A DNA stretch of 64,000 nt from positions 3,040,001 to 3,104,000 of the forward strand of contig CAXXHB010000003.1 in the NCBI GenBank assembly GCA_963664815.2. The letters run 5' to 3'. Below, piece after piece: positions 27,741 to 38,369 of the stretch. The stretch comes from Spirochaetota bacterium (GTDB lineage: Bacteria > Spirochaetota > UBA4802 > UBA5550). The translations under genes and the position numbers were made by a program. A model generated the notes under the pieces. It was not told where the DNA came from, did not search any database, and worked only from the letters and a program-made list of their open reading frames with translations. Numbering within the stretch: the first letter of the stretch is position 1; every line of letters begins with the position of its first letter.

Positions 27741-29240
27741 ATGGAAGAGAAATCAAGGTATAACATAAAAAGAGTATCCCTGCTGCGGATAAAGCTGGTG
27801 GCTGTTTTTTCGGTTTTATTCGCTGTTGCCTTTGCAATAATTTCACTTGCAAGCTACAGGGTAAGCAGGGCTATGATTACTGACGATATTGACATGCAGA
27901 CACAGGAGGTTGTCAACGGTCATGCTGCCGAGATTGACCAGTGGATATCAAAAATGTATGCAATCGTGGACTCAGGCTCCTATCTGATTGAAAAGGGCAT
28001 ACAGGATGACAGAAATGTGACATCGGATCTGTTTAACAACTTCAGCATGGTCTCTTCTTTCTCAGATATCTATTACGGTTCAGCTTCGGGACGATTTATA
28101 AGCGGTAAAAAGTGGATTCCTCCTGCGGGCTACGATCCACGGGTACGGCCATGGTTTACCACTGCCGTCAGGAACAGGAAGACATCTTTGGCGGATATAT
28201 ATTCAGATTACGAAACAAATTCCCTTGCTCTTTCAATCTCTGCGCCCGTTTATAAAAGAGATGGTTCTTTAAGAGGGGTACTTTCGGCCGATCTCCTTCT
28301 CCGCACCATCGGGGAGAAACTTAAGAATATAAGGGTCAGCGGCATGGGATATGCCGTACTCCTTGACAGCAGGGGGAGAGCCCTTGTCCATCCGGACAAA
28401 TCACTGGCCGGAACAAATCTTATGGAAAACCGGGAACTCAGCGAAACAATAGGAATTATTCTCAATAAAAAACAGGGACGGGTTGATTTCAATACAGGGA
28501 TTGAAAAACTCGCTGTATTTACAACCATACCCACATCCGGCTGGATACTCGGCATTGTCATCACAAAAGATGAAATCTACCATGATTTAAGAATTCTATC
28601 TGTAAAATTTACAATCCTCTTTCTTATTTCACTGATTATTGTCATTCTCACTTCCATGTATTTTGCCCACAAACTCACATATTTCATGTATCTGCTTGAA
28701 AAAACAGTTGAAGCCCGCACTTCCGAGCTAAAGGAAAAAATAGCCGAGGTGGAATACCTTTCTCTTACAGACCCGCTTACAGGGATATCAAACAGGCGTA
28801 AAATTGAATCATTCCTTAAATCCGAAATAGAGAGATCCTCCCGTACAGGTAGCCTCCTCTCCGTTATAATGGTCGATATTGATCATTTCAAACAGTTTAA
28901 CGACACATACGGTCATGAAACCGGAGACAGAGTGCTGAAGGAATTCGCTGACACACTTAAGACTTCCATAAGGGGGATTGACCTTGCCGGCCGTATAGGG
29001 GGTGAGGAGTTCCTTATTGTATGCCCTGAAACCGGTCTTAATGGCGCCGCCATGGTTGCGGAGAAACTCAGGGCGGCAGTCGAATCAATGAAAATTGAGT
29101 CTGTTGATAGTGTTACAGCTTCATTCGGCTGTGCCTCGTTCATCCATGGTGAAGACTGGAGTCATCTTATCTCCCGTTCGGATAAAGCTCTCTACAGGGC
29201 CAAGGAGAGCGGGCGCAACAGAATTGAAACAGATGCCTAA
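27741..29240 (+). CDS. Diguanylate cyclase with dCache sensor
   Basis: TM-dCache (YDPRVRPWF)-TM; TDPLTG..NRR, DIDHFK..NDTYGH, GGEEF, with RxxD I-site (RGID). Confidence 0.93.
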   Translation: MEEKSRYNIKRVSLLRIKLVAVFSVLFAVAFAIISLASYRVSRAMITDDIDMQTQEVVNGHAAEIDQWISKMYAIVDSGSYLIEKGIQDDRNVTSDLFNNFSMVSSFSDIYYGSASGRFISGKKWIPPAGYDPRVRPWFTTAVRNRKTSLADIYSDYETNSLALSISAPVYKRDGSLRGVLSADLLLRTIGEKLKNIRVSGMGYAVLLDSRGRALVHPDKSLAGTNLMENRELSETIGIILNKKQGRVDFNTGIEKLAVFTTIPTSGWILGIVITKDEIYHDLRILSVKFTILFLISLIIVILTSMYFAHKLTYFMYLLEKTVEARTSELKEKIAEVEYLSLTDPLTGISNRRKIESFLKSEIERSSRTGSLLSVIMVDIDHFKQFNDTYGHETGDRVLKEFADTLKTSIRGIDLAGRIGGEEFLIVCPETGLNGAAMVAEKLRAAVESMKIESVDSVTASFGCASFIHGEDWSHLISRSDKALYRAKESGRNRIETDA

Positions 29241-32200
29241 AATACCCAGAAAAATGTATGCTTTGTTTCACCCTTCTCTTCTCTGTACTTGTAAAGCCCC
29301 TTGAGGATAGTAAACTTCGTAAAATCCGTTTCCCCTTCTGTTTCATAATCCCACAGCACACCCCATAAGCTTCCACGCGAGTGGTATCTTCTTTCCGGCG
29401 CTTTAACTTCATCATAAAGCGCCCCGAGCAGCCACATCCTTCTGTCCTCTCCGGCTCTCTTATCCTCATTCCGGTAATATACAAGACCAAGAACTCCAAG
29501 ATCAAAGTCACCGTTGCTCTCCTTACTGAAGTAGCTGAGTATCGGCGGCACAACAAGTGTTGTTTCATCCCTGTCGGAGGAATACCAGTAGAGCGGGAGA
29601 ACCCTGTTGTGAAAATAGCTCCCCTCCCTTTCAACACCGGCAAGCCACAGCAGCGCATCAATATCATAATTGTCAGAATTTCTGCAGCCGGTATACTTGA
29701 ACAGAGTTCCCCACAGTAGTCTCATCTCCCTTATTTCCGGGGAAATATCATACTTCATTGTTGTAAACATCATCGAGTAACTGTCTTCCAGATATTTCTC
29801 ACCTGTATACTTTTTATGATCGAAGATATAAAGGATGTTCTGTCTCTCAAAGCCCGGAGAGCTGTGCCAGTATACCCCCGCTACAAAACAAGTCTTCTCC
29901 CCGGGTTCGCTGCCGAGGTATGTCAGGAGCGGGAAGAGTATAATGCTGCTGCTTTTGTCATCTCCGCTCCAGCGGTACAGCGGGAATACCATTGATGTAT
30001 CAGTCCCACTCTCTCCACCCCACCAGTCTATAACTCCGAGAATATTGTGATGGTTTTCGCCTTTCTCCTCCGTAGAGTAATACAGAGGGAAAAGGAAAAA
30101 CCTTTTGTAGTCTTTATCCCTGCAGCGGTCAAGCACACCAAGAAAATTCCAGTGATAACTCTCACCGTAGTTTCTTTTATAAAAGATAGGGAGAAGAGGT
30201 ACCCACAGCGTAGTATCGTTTGCGACAGCGCCGGTTTCTTTTCTCTCTTCACCGCTGTAATAAAACAGTGGTGTGATCGTTTTTTCCGTTGAAATTACCC
30301 CGTCCGATTCACTTCCGTGGTAAAACAGGGGGATCAGCGGAGCGAAGAGAGTATATGATGAGTATGCTCCATCGTTCTTTTCGTTAACGTAATATAACGG
30401 ATTTATCCGCCTGTGTAACTTATACTCTCCGGTTTGTTTATTCAGTATATCTTTGCTGAAGTAAAGTGGGGCCAGTGTTCTTGAAGCTTCATCACCCCCC
30501 TCTTTCCAGTTTTTATGCCATACTAAAGGGAATATTCTGAACCCGCTCATCTCCGGTGAACTGTACCAGTTAACGATCGGCCAGAGAATGGTCTTCTCAT
30601 AACAGTTCTCCTCTGCCCTGTATTCGTCCCAGTAGAGGTTCAACAGGTAAGCCTTTGTATATGACCTGTCCTGGTACTGTGCGGCATAAAAGGGCGCTGC
30701 TACAAAGTATTCTTCTTTTGTCTCCTCAGACTGATACCATAGAAAAAAGGGAAGGACTGTAACAAGTTTATCGTTTGCATCTTTATCCCATGTCAGCCAT
30801 GCAAGCGGCAAAAGCCTGAAGTGCCTCTGCGAATCAGCGCTCTCCCAGGCCATCCAGCCGAAGAGAAGCTGCCACCCCCAGAAGTATTCCGAGTTTTCAC
30901 GGTTCATCCCCCTCTTTTTTGTAATTGCAGGTTTTATTCCCCCATTTTCCGGGACTGTATTACTTTCTGACATAAGAATACTGTTTGAATCATCGACGAC
31001 AACCGATTTAGTATTATTTTTATCCCCCTCCGTTGTTTTCCCGGGAACCACAGCATCACTGTCGGAAATCTTCTCACCGGAAGTGCTTTTATCACCTTTT
31101 TCTCCGAATGGATTGCGTACAGGTATCCTGCTGGAGACACTTACAACATTATATAACCATGAATAATCGGTGTCAAGATACCATGTATCATCCTTTTTCC
31201 CGAGGCCCAGGCCGACATCCGGTGTAAACGGCCCCATAAATGTCTTCAATGCGAAACCGGTAATAACATGAATGTCAGTCTGTTTATCCTTATAACTGAA
31301 TACCAGAGGAAATATAAGCCGACCGGTACTCTCCGCTGATCTCCAGGACCAGTATACCGGTATAAAATGCTTATAATAATACTCTTCTTTCTCTGCAGGT
31401 ACGGTACCCCCTTTTGCCGGGGCTTTTTCAACATACTCCTCGTTTTTATAGTAGAGCCATGACCATAGCGTTCTCCCGGAACTGCGCCAGCTGTAGTAGT
31501 GAAACAGACCGAAGGTATACCCATCTTTCTCCGTTGCCCCCGACGGCCTGCAGTAGAATGGTATCCAGTATTTGTACCCGCTCTCCCCGGTTTCATGAAA
31601 GATAAACGGCACAAACCAGAAGTTCTTCAGATTTTCCTCTTTGTCCCTCTCCCAGTCTATGATCCATGCTATATTTGTATGAGTCCCGCTATCCCTGTCC
31701 CGGCTCCGGAAAACGAGGGGGATTACCGGAAACCAGATGTTTGAATATATCTCTTCGCCGCTTTTAATGTCGGTGACATTGTATTTTGAAAAGATGAGTG
31801 TAGCAAACCCGTTCCGCCTGAATCCGCCTGTTTTCTCCTCCCATGTTGTAAAGAACGGCAGTATGTGGTAGTAGTAATCGCCGCCCCTGTGTCTGTTGTT
31901 TATATAAAGCGGCGGGAGTATCGCAGTGTAACCGTCATCACCCCTCTCCCATAAATATACCGGAAGAAACCAGAACCTTTTCATCCGATCCTCGCCATTA
32001 ACTATATCCCATGAGTAGTCGATGAGCCATATATAATTTCTGTGGCCATAGTACCTGTCAGTATAATGATATGTGAGAGGAACTATCGGGAACCACCACA
32101 TATGCTCTTTCTCTTCAGTGAATGAAATCATTTCTCTCCAGCTTACGAACAGGGGATTTATCCAGACAAACTCCCCATGCCCCGATTTTGAGTCGGTCTC

Positions 32201-32719
32201 ACCCCTGTGATAAAAAAGAGGAAATACAGTCTGGTATGAACTGTTCACTGTTTTATACTGATTCTTTCCCCACCATATAAACGGCCACAGCAGCGATCTG
32301 TCAGCTTCATCAGCATCTATAGATGAATAATATAAAGGGAATATAAATGCGCTGGTCTGCGAAGCGCCGTCAGTTTCATAATAGGACAGGAAGAGGGGCC
32401 ATACCGTCTCAGACCTGTTGTCGATTTTACTGTCGCGGTTATAGTAAAATGGAATAAAACGCGTTGATCTGTATCTGGGGTAATCAGTATGCTTGAAAAG
32501 CCAGAGTACCATAATGGATGAATGATTATCCCACAGCTCCTTCTCCATGAAAAATGTCTTTACAGGAAATTTCTCCTCTTTTTCACTCCCGTAGATTTCA
32601 TGTTCACCCTCGTCAAGATCATCCCATGAACGGCAGATCCCCGCGTTAAAGCTTATTAACATTGATACAAAAACTGCTGCAAAGATTATATTCTTTTTCA
32701 TATTACCCGTCATATGCAT
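29237..32719 (-). CDS. Large exported aromatic-rich repeat protein (resembles Leptospira LA_1737 family)
   Basis: Signal peptide; dozens of [FW]PL[YF][YW] repeats; C-terminal aromatic FFWVF. Family name is from memory. Confidence 0.7.
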   Translation of the reverse strand: MHMTGNMKKNIIFAAVFVSMLISFNAGICRSWDDLDEGEHEIYGSEKEEKFPVKTFFMEKELWDNHSSIMVLWLFKHTDYPRYRSTRFIPFYYNRDSKIDNRSETVWPLFLSYYETDGASQTSAFIFPLYYSSIDADEADRSLLWPFIWWGKNQYKTVNSSYQTVFPLFYHRGETDSKSGHGEFVWINPLFVSWREMISFTEEKEHMWWFPIVPLTYHYTDRYYGHRNYIWLIDYSWDIVNGEDRMKRFWFLPVYLWERGDDGYTAILPPLYINNRHRGGDYYYHILPFFTTWEEKTGGFRRNGFATLIFSKYNVTDIKSGEEIYSNIWFPVIPLVFRSRDRDSGTHTNIAWIIDWERDKEENLKNFWFVPFIFHETGESGYKYWIPFYCRPSGATEKDGYTFGLFHYYSWRSSGRTLWSWLYYKNEEYVEKAPAKGGTVPAEKEEYYYKHFIPVYWSWRSAESTGRLIFPLVFSYKDKQTDIHVITGFALKTFMGPFTPDVGLGLGKKDDTWYLDTDYSWLYNVVSVSSRIPVRNPFGEKGDKSTSGEKISDSDAVVPGKTTEGDKNNTKSVVVDDSNSILMSESNTVPENGGIKPAITKKRGMNRENSEYFWGWQLLFGWMAWESADSQRHFRLLPLAWLTWDKDANDKLVTVLPFFLWYQSEETKEEYFVAAPFYAAQYQDRSYTKAYLLNLYWDEYRAEENCYEKTILWPIVNWYSSPEMSGFRIFPLVWHKNWKEGGDEASRTLAPLYFSKDILNKQTGEYKLHRRINPLYYVNEKNDGAYSSYTLFAPLIPLFYHGSESDGVISTEKTITPLFYYSGEERKETGAVANDTTLWVPLLPIFYKRNYGESYHWNFLGVLDRCRDKDYKRFFLFPLYYSTEEKGENHHNILGVIDWWGGESGTDTSMVFPLYRWSGDDKSSSIILFPLLTYLGSEPGEKTCFVAGVYWHSSPGFERQNILYIFDHKKYTGEKYLEDSYSMMFTTMKYDISPEIREMRLLWGTLFKYTGCRNSDNYDIDALLWLAGVEREGSYFHNRVLPLYWYSSDRDETTLVVPPILSYFSKESNGDFDLGVLGLVYYRNEDKRAGEDRRMWLLGALYDEVKAPERRYHSRGSLWGVLWDYETEGETDFTKFTILKGLYKYREEKGETKHTFFWVF

Positions 32720-32824
32720 AAATATTATGAATTGCGACTATATGCGCTGTTCAGGAGTAATATCAAGGAAAAAATCTGCAGCAGAAACTTTTTGTTTAAG
32801 ATTTATATAATGATTTTTTATCGA

Positions 32825-33341
32825 TCGGAGTCGAAACATGCATGTTTACTACCCGCACGCTTGCTGAGCGGAGTCGAAGCATGCATGTCCACTACTCACT
32901 CTCGCAGAGTCCATAAACAGCTCATTTCGACTTACTTCGGCTACGCTCAGCACAAGCCGCTCGGAATTAATCGTGTTCAGAAACAGCTCATTTCGACTCC
33001 GCTCAATGAGCGTCCTGAGCATTAATTTAAAAAAAGTCCACTACCCACACGCTTGCTGAGCGGAGTCGAAGCATGCGAATTCACTACCACACGCTTGCTG
33101 TGGTTCGACATGCTCACCAGCTGTGGAGTCGAAGCATGCATGTCCACTACTCACTCTCGCAGAGTCCATAAACAGCTCATTTCGACTCCGCTCAATGAGC
33201 GTCCTGAGCATGAACTCAACAAATCCACTACCCACACGCCTGCTGAGCGGAGTCGAAGCATGCGAATTCACTACCACACGCTTGCTGTGGTTCGACAGGC
33301 TCACCACAGCCGTGAGTCGAAGCATGCATGTCCGCTACTCA
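32825..33341. repeat. Cluster of TGAGCGGAGTCGAA / TTCGACTCCGCTCA REP-like repeats with local duplications
   Basis: Several GCTGAGCGGAGTCGAAGCATGC copies and inverted TTCGACTCCGCTCA / TTCGACAGGCTCA copies; duplicated blocks start near 33040 and 33226. Confidence 0.92.
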
Positions 33342-35308
33342 TACCTTAATGCCTCAATGGGATTCAGTTTTGATGCCTGTGTTGCAGGCCATATTCCGAA
33401 ACCTATTCCTATAAGTATTGAAAAGAATGACGCCCCGAACACTGCCAGCAGAGAAATTTTAACAGCCCACCCGGCGATGAGTGAAAACAGAAGCGATATT
33501 GAAACTCCAAGGGTTATTCCGGCAATTCCGCCGCAGAAAGTCATCATCACGGCCTCAACAAGAAACTGAACCAGTATATCCCTTCTGCGCGCCCCTATGG
33601 CCTTGCGGAGACCTATCTCCTTTGTCCGTTCCTTGACAGAAACAAGCATTATATTCATAACTCCCACGCCGCCGACTACAAGGGATATAGCCGCCACAGT
33701 ACCGAGAAGGAGGCTCATTGTGCTGGCGGTGCTCATCATGGCCTTTCTCATCTCGGAAAAATCCATGATTTCGAAGATGCTCTCCTGCCCGGGCAGCACC
33801 TTGTGGTTTTTCTTTATTACTCCGTTAAGAGTCTCCTTTACCGCATCAGTTATTTCAGGAGATTTAACCTCAACATTTATCTCATCAATATATGTTTTCC
33901 CGAGCAGCCTGAACATTGCCGTTTTCAGAGGGATTATTATAATATCATCCTGGTCCCTCATCATTGCGGCGCCCTTTGAAGGGAGGACTCCTATTACTAA
34001 AAAGCTGACCTTGTTTATTTTCATTCTCTTCCCGACCGGATTTTCCCCGTTGAATATATTTTTTATCACCGTTGTTCCCACAACCGCCACTCTGCTGCGC
34101 GATGTGTTTTCACTTTCAGTAAAGAATCTCCCGATTTCAGGTACAGATGCCTTCATCACGGCATATTCAACTGCCGTACCCATAATCTGCGTGTTGCAGT
34201 TTTTCGCACCGTATACCGCCTGAGCCCTGCTGCTTACCCCGGGGGATACATTTTTTACGCCGTCCACCTTTATGAAGGATTCAGCATCCTGAATACTTAA
34301 ACGGCTCCCCTCACCCTGCTGGAGTGAAACTCCGCCGGATCGTCTGAATCCGGGCCTTACCGTCAGGATGTTTGTCCCGAGTTTGTTGAGATTCGCTTCT
34401 ATTGATGCCTTTGCCCCCTCGCCGATGGCTAACATGGAAATAACAGCCGCAACACCGATAAGAATCCCGAGCATTGAAAGCAGTGCCCTCATCTTGTGCG
34501 ATACAAGAGATACAACCGCCTGCCTGATATAGTCGGCAAACTCAGCGCGTCCGAAAGATACCGCCGTCTTTCGCAGAGCTCCGTCAATTTTGTCAGAATC
34601 TGTTTTACTTAAGGGCTGGGCGTGGTGCTTCGATTTTCTTTCGTCTGAAATTACACGGCCGTCCTTCATCCTTATTATACGCGCGGCATGGGCGGCAACC
34701 TCATTCTCATGTGTAACCATTATAACCGTTTTACCCTGGGAGTTCAGCTTCTCGAGAATTGCTATGATTTCGCTCTCGCTTTTTGTATCAAGATTTCCCG
34801 TGGGTTCATCGGCGAAAATTATTACAGGTTCATTAATCATCGATCTTGCTATGGCAACCCTCTGCTGTTCGCCGCCGGAAAGCTCATTAGGATAGTGATC
34901 TGTTCTGTGTCCAAGCCCTACCCACCCGAGTTTTTCTTCTGCGATCTTTTCCATATCTCTCTTGCCGGCGTACAGGGTGGGGAGCAGGACATTATCCGCC
35001 GCTGATAACCTCGGCAGAAGCTGAAACTGCTGAAAGATGAATCCTGCAATATGGTTTCTCAATATGGAAAGTTCATCCTCTTCAAGTCCTGTTACATCGC
35101 GTCCCATTATAGAATATGTCCCTGATGTAGGGAGGTCAAGAAAACCGAGAATGTTCATCATTGTCGATTTTCCTGAACCTGATGCCCCCATTATTGCCAC
35201 AAATTCACCGGCATCAATTGCAACTGAAACATCATCGACAGCGGTAACCTCTGTATTCCCCATTATATATTTTTTTGTAATATTTTTCAGTTCAATCAGA
35301 TGGCTCAT
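33335..35308 (-). CDS. macB: MacB-type ABC transporter (ATPase-permease fusion)
   Basis: GASGSGKST, LSGGEQQRVA, GILIGVAAVI, ERTKEIGLRKAIGA, LNPIEALRYE. Confidence 0.95.
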   Translation of the reverse strand: MSHLIELKNITKKYIMGNTEVTAVDDVSVAIDAGEFVAIMGASGSGKSTMMNILGFLDLPTSGTYSIMGRDVTGLEEDELSILRNHIAGFIFQQFQLLPRLSAADNVLLPTLYAGKRDMEKIAEEKLGWVGLGHRTDHYPNELSGGEQQRVAIARSMINEPVIIFADEPTGNLDTKSESEIIAILEKLNSQGKTVIMVTHENEVAAHAARIIRMKDGRVISDERKSKHHAQPLSKTDSDKIDGALRKTAVSFGRAEFADYIRQAVVSLVSHKMRALLSMLGILIGVAAVISMLAIGEGAKASIEANLNKLGTNILTVRPGFRRSGGVSLQQGEGSRLSIQDAESFIKVDGVKNVSPGVSSRAQAVYGAKNCNTQIMGTAVEYAVMKASVPEIGRFFTESENTSRSRVAVVGTTVIKNIFNGENPVGKRMKINKVSFLVIGVLPSKGAAMMRDQDDIIIIPLKTAMFRLLGKTYIDEINVEVKSPEITDAVKETLNGVIKKNHKVLPGQESIFEIMDFSEMRKAMMSTASTMSLLLGTVAAISLVVGGVGVMNIMLVSVKERTKEIGLRKAIGARRRDILVQFLVEAVMMTFCGGIAGITLGVSISLLFSLIAGWAVKISLLAVFGASFFSILIGIGFGIWPATQASKLNPIEALRYE

Positions 35309-36273
35309 CTCTTTTTCGCTCCCGGAGGTTCAGGCATAAAAGGATTTTTGGAGGATGATGATTCAGCGCCTGTTATTTTTTTACTTGAGATGATAATTGT
35401 ATCATCCCCCGTAATACCCTCTTTGACCTCCATATTCTGATCGTCTGAAAGTCCCGGTGTAAATACCCGCTTTTCAGGCGGTTTTCCCTGACCTCTCTTT
35501 ATCATTACATAATTACTGCCGCCATTCTGCGCCACAGCCTCACGGGGGACAAGCAGGATGTTCTTTTTCTCCTTCTCTATTATATCTATACTTGCGCTCA
35601 TCCCTGACCTGAATTCACGAGGCACAATGTCGGGAGTAATTACAACATAGTAGACAGTGACGTTACTGACAGTTGTAGACTCGTAGTATATATGGGTAAC
35701 CTCCCCCTTTACCAGAATCTCCGGATGAGAGTCGAGAGTGATCATCGCCTTCTGCCCCTCTGCGACCCTACCTATATCGGTCTCATCAACCTGCGCCTTG
35801 ACGATAAGCCTGTCCGAAATTACGATGATATCCTCAGTTGTTGTTACCGTCTGCCCCGGTTCAACTGATTTTACAATTACTGTTCCGCTTATTGGAGATA
35901 CGATAGGTATTGGTTTATAGGCGTCCTGCCAGTATTTCAAAGCCTCCTTGCCCTGAAGTCTGGCGGCATCTATAAGTGCAGCGCGGTCCGTTGAGCTCAT
36001 CAGTACAAGGACATCTCCGGTTTTTACCTCGTCCCCCTCTTTTACAAGTATTTTTTCTATCCTCCCTGCAACAGAGGATTTAAGCTCAAGCCTGTTTTTA
36101 GGGAGGACTGTTCCGGTTGTTGAAACAGTAATTCTTATGTCTCCGATTACCGGTTTTATTTCACGCACATTAAGATCGGTTTTTTTTGATGAGGTAATCT
36201 TATTAATTATAAATGCTGATAGAATAATTACGATGAGAATTATTATGACCGCCGGTTTACCTTTCACTTTCAT
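35305..36273 (-). CDS. macA: MacA-like periplasmic adaptor
   Basis: GRIEKILVKEGDEVKTG lipoyl motif, VDETDIG, GMSA. Confidence 0.88.
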   Translation of the reverse strand: MKVKGKPAVIIILIVIILSAFIINKITSSKKTDLNVREIKPVIGDIRITVSTTGTVLPKNRLELKSSVAGRIEKILVKEGDEVKTGDVLVLMSSTDRAALIDAARLQGKEALKYWQDAYKPIPIVSPISGTVIVKSVEPGQTVTTTEDIIVISDRLIVKAQVDETDIGRVAEGQKAMITLDSHPEILVKGEVTHIYYESTTVSNVTVYYVVITPDIVPREFRSGMSASIDIIEKEKKNILLVPREAVAQNGGSNYVMIKRGQGKPPEKRVFTPGLSDDQNMEVKEGITGDDTIIISSKKITGAESSSSKNPFMPEPPGAKKR

Positions 36274-37552
36274 TTTCCAGAGTTCCTCCCTTTGATTTAA
36301 TCCATCCCGCCTCAGACACTAACGCCGCAGCACATGCCTCCTGATATGACTTCTTCGTGCTGGCGAGGCTGCTTTCAATGATAGTCCAGTTGTCAAATGA
36401 CAGTGTGCCAATAGAGTACTGGGTTTCCCCTATTTTAGACCTTTCAACCGCCGCATCAAGTGCAGATTTCTGAACATCAACATTATCAATACTGTCCAGG
36501 AGTGTATTCCATGACTCTTCAAGACTCTTCATCACGGTATTTTTCACCCCCTTTTCATCCGAGAGCGCCTGTCTGTATGCGGCCTTTGATTTTGAGTATC
36601 CATACCATGTTTCACCCCCCTGGAACAGCGGCGCCGTTATTTCAAACCCCACAGACCAGTTACCGTACATGTTGTCTGGAGTCTCCCCGCTTTTTCCTGC
36701 ACTTGCGGTTCCGTATAATTCAGGTGAGAACGCCAGCTCGGATGACTTAAGGCTGTACATTGCTGATTCGGTAGCCGCCTTCGATTTAAGATATGAAGCA
36801 TTTCCTGACGCAAGGCTGCTGAAATCAGGTTTTTCCTTATAATCTTTTGCCGGCAGAAGTTTTCCGTCAATATCAATCTGTAAGTTTTCATCAATCCCCA
36901 TAAGTCTGCAGAGGGTTGCCTTTGTAAGCAATACATCTCTCTGCGAGCTCTTTACATCAGCCTGAGACTGAACATAATCCGCCCTGGCGGCGTAGTATGA
37001 ACCGCGATGTTCGGTACCCCCTTCATACTTCATCTTCACCAGATCAAGTATATGTTTTCGCCGTTTTTCTATCTCCAGCCTTATTTTCAGCATCTCGCGT
37101 GATTTGAGATGTGATACAAAGGCGCTTTTAAGATCATACCGTACAGCTGCAGACGTGGCTGAATAATCTTTCATGGCAGCATCAATATTCTTATTCGCGC
37201 TTTTTAAATCATAAACAGACTTAAAGCCGTCAAAAAGCAGCTGCTTTGCCGTAATATCGTAGGAATAGTTATTAACCTTTACAGATCCTGACGCTGTGGA
37301 ACTTGAAGTTTTATTACCGGAAGCTGTTGCGCTTATCTGCGGCAGCAGAACTGACCTCGTCACTCCCTTTGCAGCTTCCTTCTGAAGAATCGCCTCCCGC
37401 GAAGAGACAATATCCGGATTATTCAGAAGTGCTGTCTTTACACAATCTTCCCAGGAGTAAACTTTATCTTCAGAGTACAGCTGATTATACACTGCGGCTG
37501 TTAAAAACAGGATCAGCATTATTTTAAAAACATTTAATGCTTTAATTCTCAT
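36257..37552 (-). CDS. TolC-family outer membrane protein
   Basis: ALLNNPDI...LLPQI, QLLFDG, APLFQGG outer-membrane efflux protein repeats. Confidence 0.9.
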   Translation of the reverse strand: MRIKALNVFKIMLILFLTAAVYNQLYSEDKVYSWEDCVKTALLNNPDIVSSREAILQKEAAKGVTRSVLLPQISATASGNKTSSSTASGSVKVNNYSYDITAKQLLFDGFKSVYDLKSANKNIDAAMKDYSATSAAVRYDLKSAFVSHLKSREMLKIRLEIEKRRKHILDLVKMKYEGGTEHRGSYYAARADYVQSQADVKSSQRDVLLTKATLCRLMGIDENLQIDIDGKLLPAKDYKEKPDFSSLASGNASYLKSKAATESAMYSLKSSELAFSPELYGTASAGKSGETPDNMYGNWSVGFEITAPLFQGGETWYGYSKSKAAYRQALSDEKGVKNTVMKSLEESWNTLLDSIDNVDVQKSALDAAVERSKIGETQYSIGTLSFDNWTIIESSLASTKKSYQEACAAALVSEAGWIKSKGGTLENESER

Positions 37553-37620
37553 ACCAACCTCTTTTTTTCTTGAACTATTGAGTAACCTAATATATAGTTA
37601 TTAATTATGTATGACCCGAA

Positions 37621-37660
37621 TGTAAAAAACAGCGGGCGATTGTAAAAAAAGTGTAAAAAA
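37621..37660. promoter_or_regulatory. GTAAA direct repeats, candidate OmpR/CpxR-type binding site
   Basis: TGTAAAAA at 37621, 37641 and 37652 (11-bp period for the last two), between divergent tolC-macAB and the response regulator. Confidence 0.55.
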
Positions 37661-37679
37661 TCATATACCGGAGCCCTCT

Positions 37680-38369
37680 TTGTTAACAAAAATTCTGATA
37701 ATAGATGACGATGCCAGACTCCGGAAACTGATCGCGGAATACCTTAAGGAATACGGGTTTGAAATCTTTCACCATGATGACGGCAATGGCGTAATTCATA
37801 AAATCGACGAGGTCAGACCTGAACTGATACTTCTTGATATAATGCTTCCGGTTAAAGACGGAATAGAGATACTCCGCGAAATACGCAACATTTCACAGGT
37901 TCCTGTAATCATGCTTACTGCCAAGGGTGATGATACCGACCGCATAGTGGGACTTGAACTGGGGGCCGATGACTACATCTCAAAACCCTTCAACCCGAGA
38001 GAACTTCTTGCGCGGATAAAAGCCGTTCTCAGAAGGTATGCGCCCGAAAGTGACACACATCCCCCTCATCAGAAATTAACAGCCGGTGAACTGACCCTTG
38101 ATCCCGCTTCAATGAAACTTGAATACAGGAAAAAAAGCGCGGAACTCTCTAAAACAGAGTTCCGCATACTTGACGCACTGATGGGTAATCCAAATACCGT
38201 ACTTTCCCGCGACACCATACTTAACATCGCCCGCGGAAGGGACTTTATCGCCTTTGACAGAAGTATCGATGTGCATATCAGCAAGCTCAGAAGCAAAATA
38301 GAAAACCTTTCCGGCGATAAAAATAAAATAAAAACAGTATGGGGAACAGGGTATATGTTTGTATTATGA
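37680..38369 (+). CDS. OmpR-family response regulator
   Basis: IIDDD, LLDIMLP, MLTAK, KPFNPREL, DRSIDVHI, TVWGTGY. Confidence 0.95.
   Translation: MLTKILIIDDDARLRKLIAEYLKEYGFEIFHHDDGNGVIHKIDEVRPELILLDIMLPVKDGIEILREIRNISQVPVIMLTAKGDDTDRIVGLELGADDYISKPFNPRELLARIKAVLRRYAPESDTHPPHQKLTAGELTLDPASMKLEYRKKSAELSKTEFRILDALMGNPNTVLSRDTILNIARGRDFIAFDRSIDVHISKLRSKIENLSGDKNKIKTVWGTGYMFVL

Noticed and set aside
29167-29667. 166-aa alternative-frame ORF (also 31246-31614) as overprinted genes
   Set aside because: Same-strand shifted frames inside a long gene, with no motif or RBS support.
32714-33569. ORFs 32714-33025, 33041-33325, 33053-33349 and 33123-33569
   Set aside because: They translate REP sequence (LSGVEA, STPL) or the macB antisense strand; no independent coding signal.
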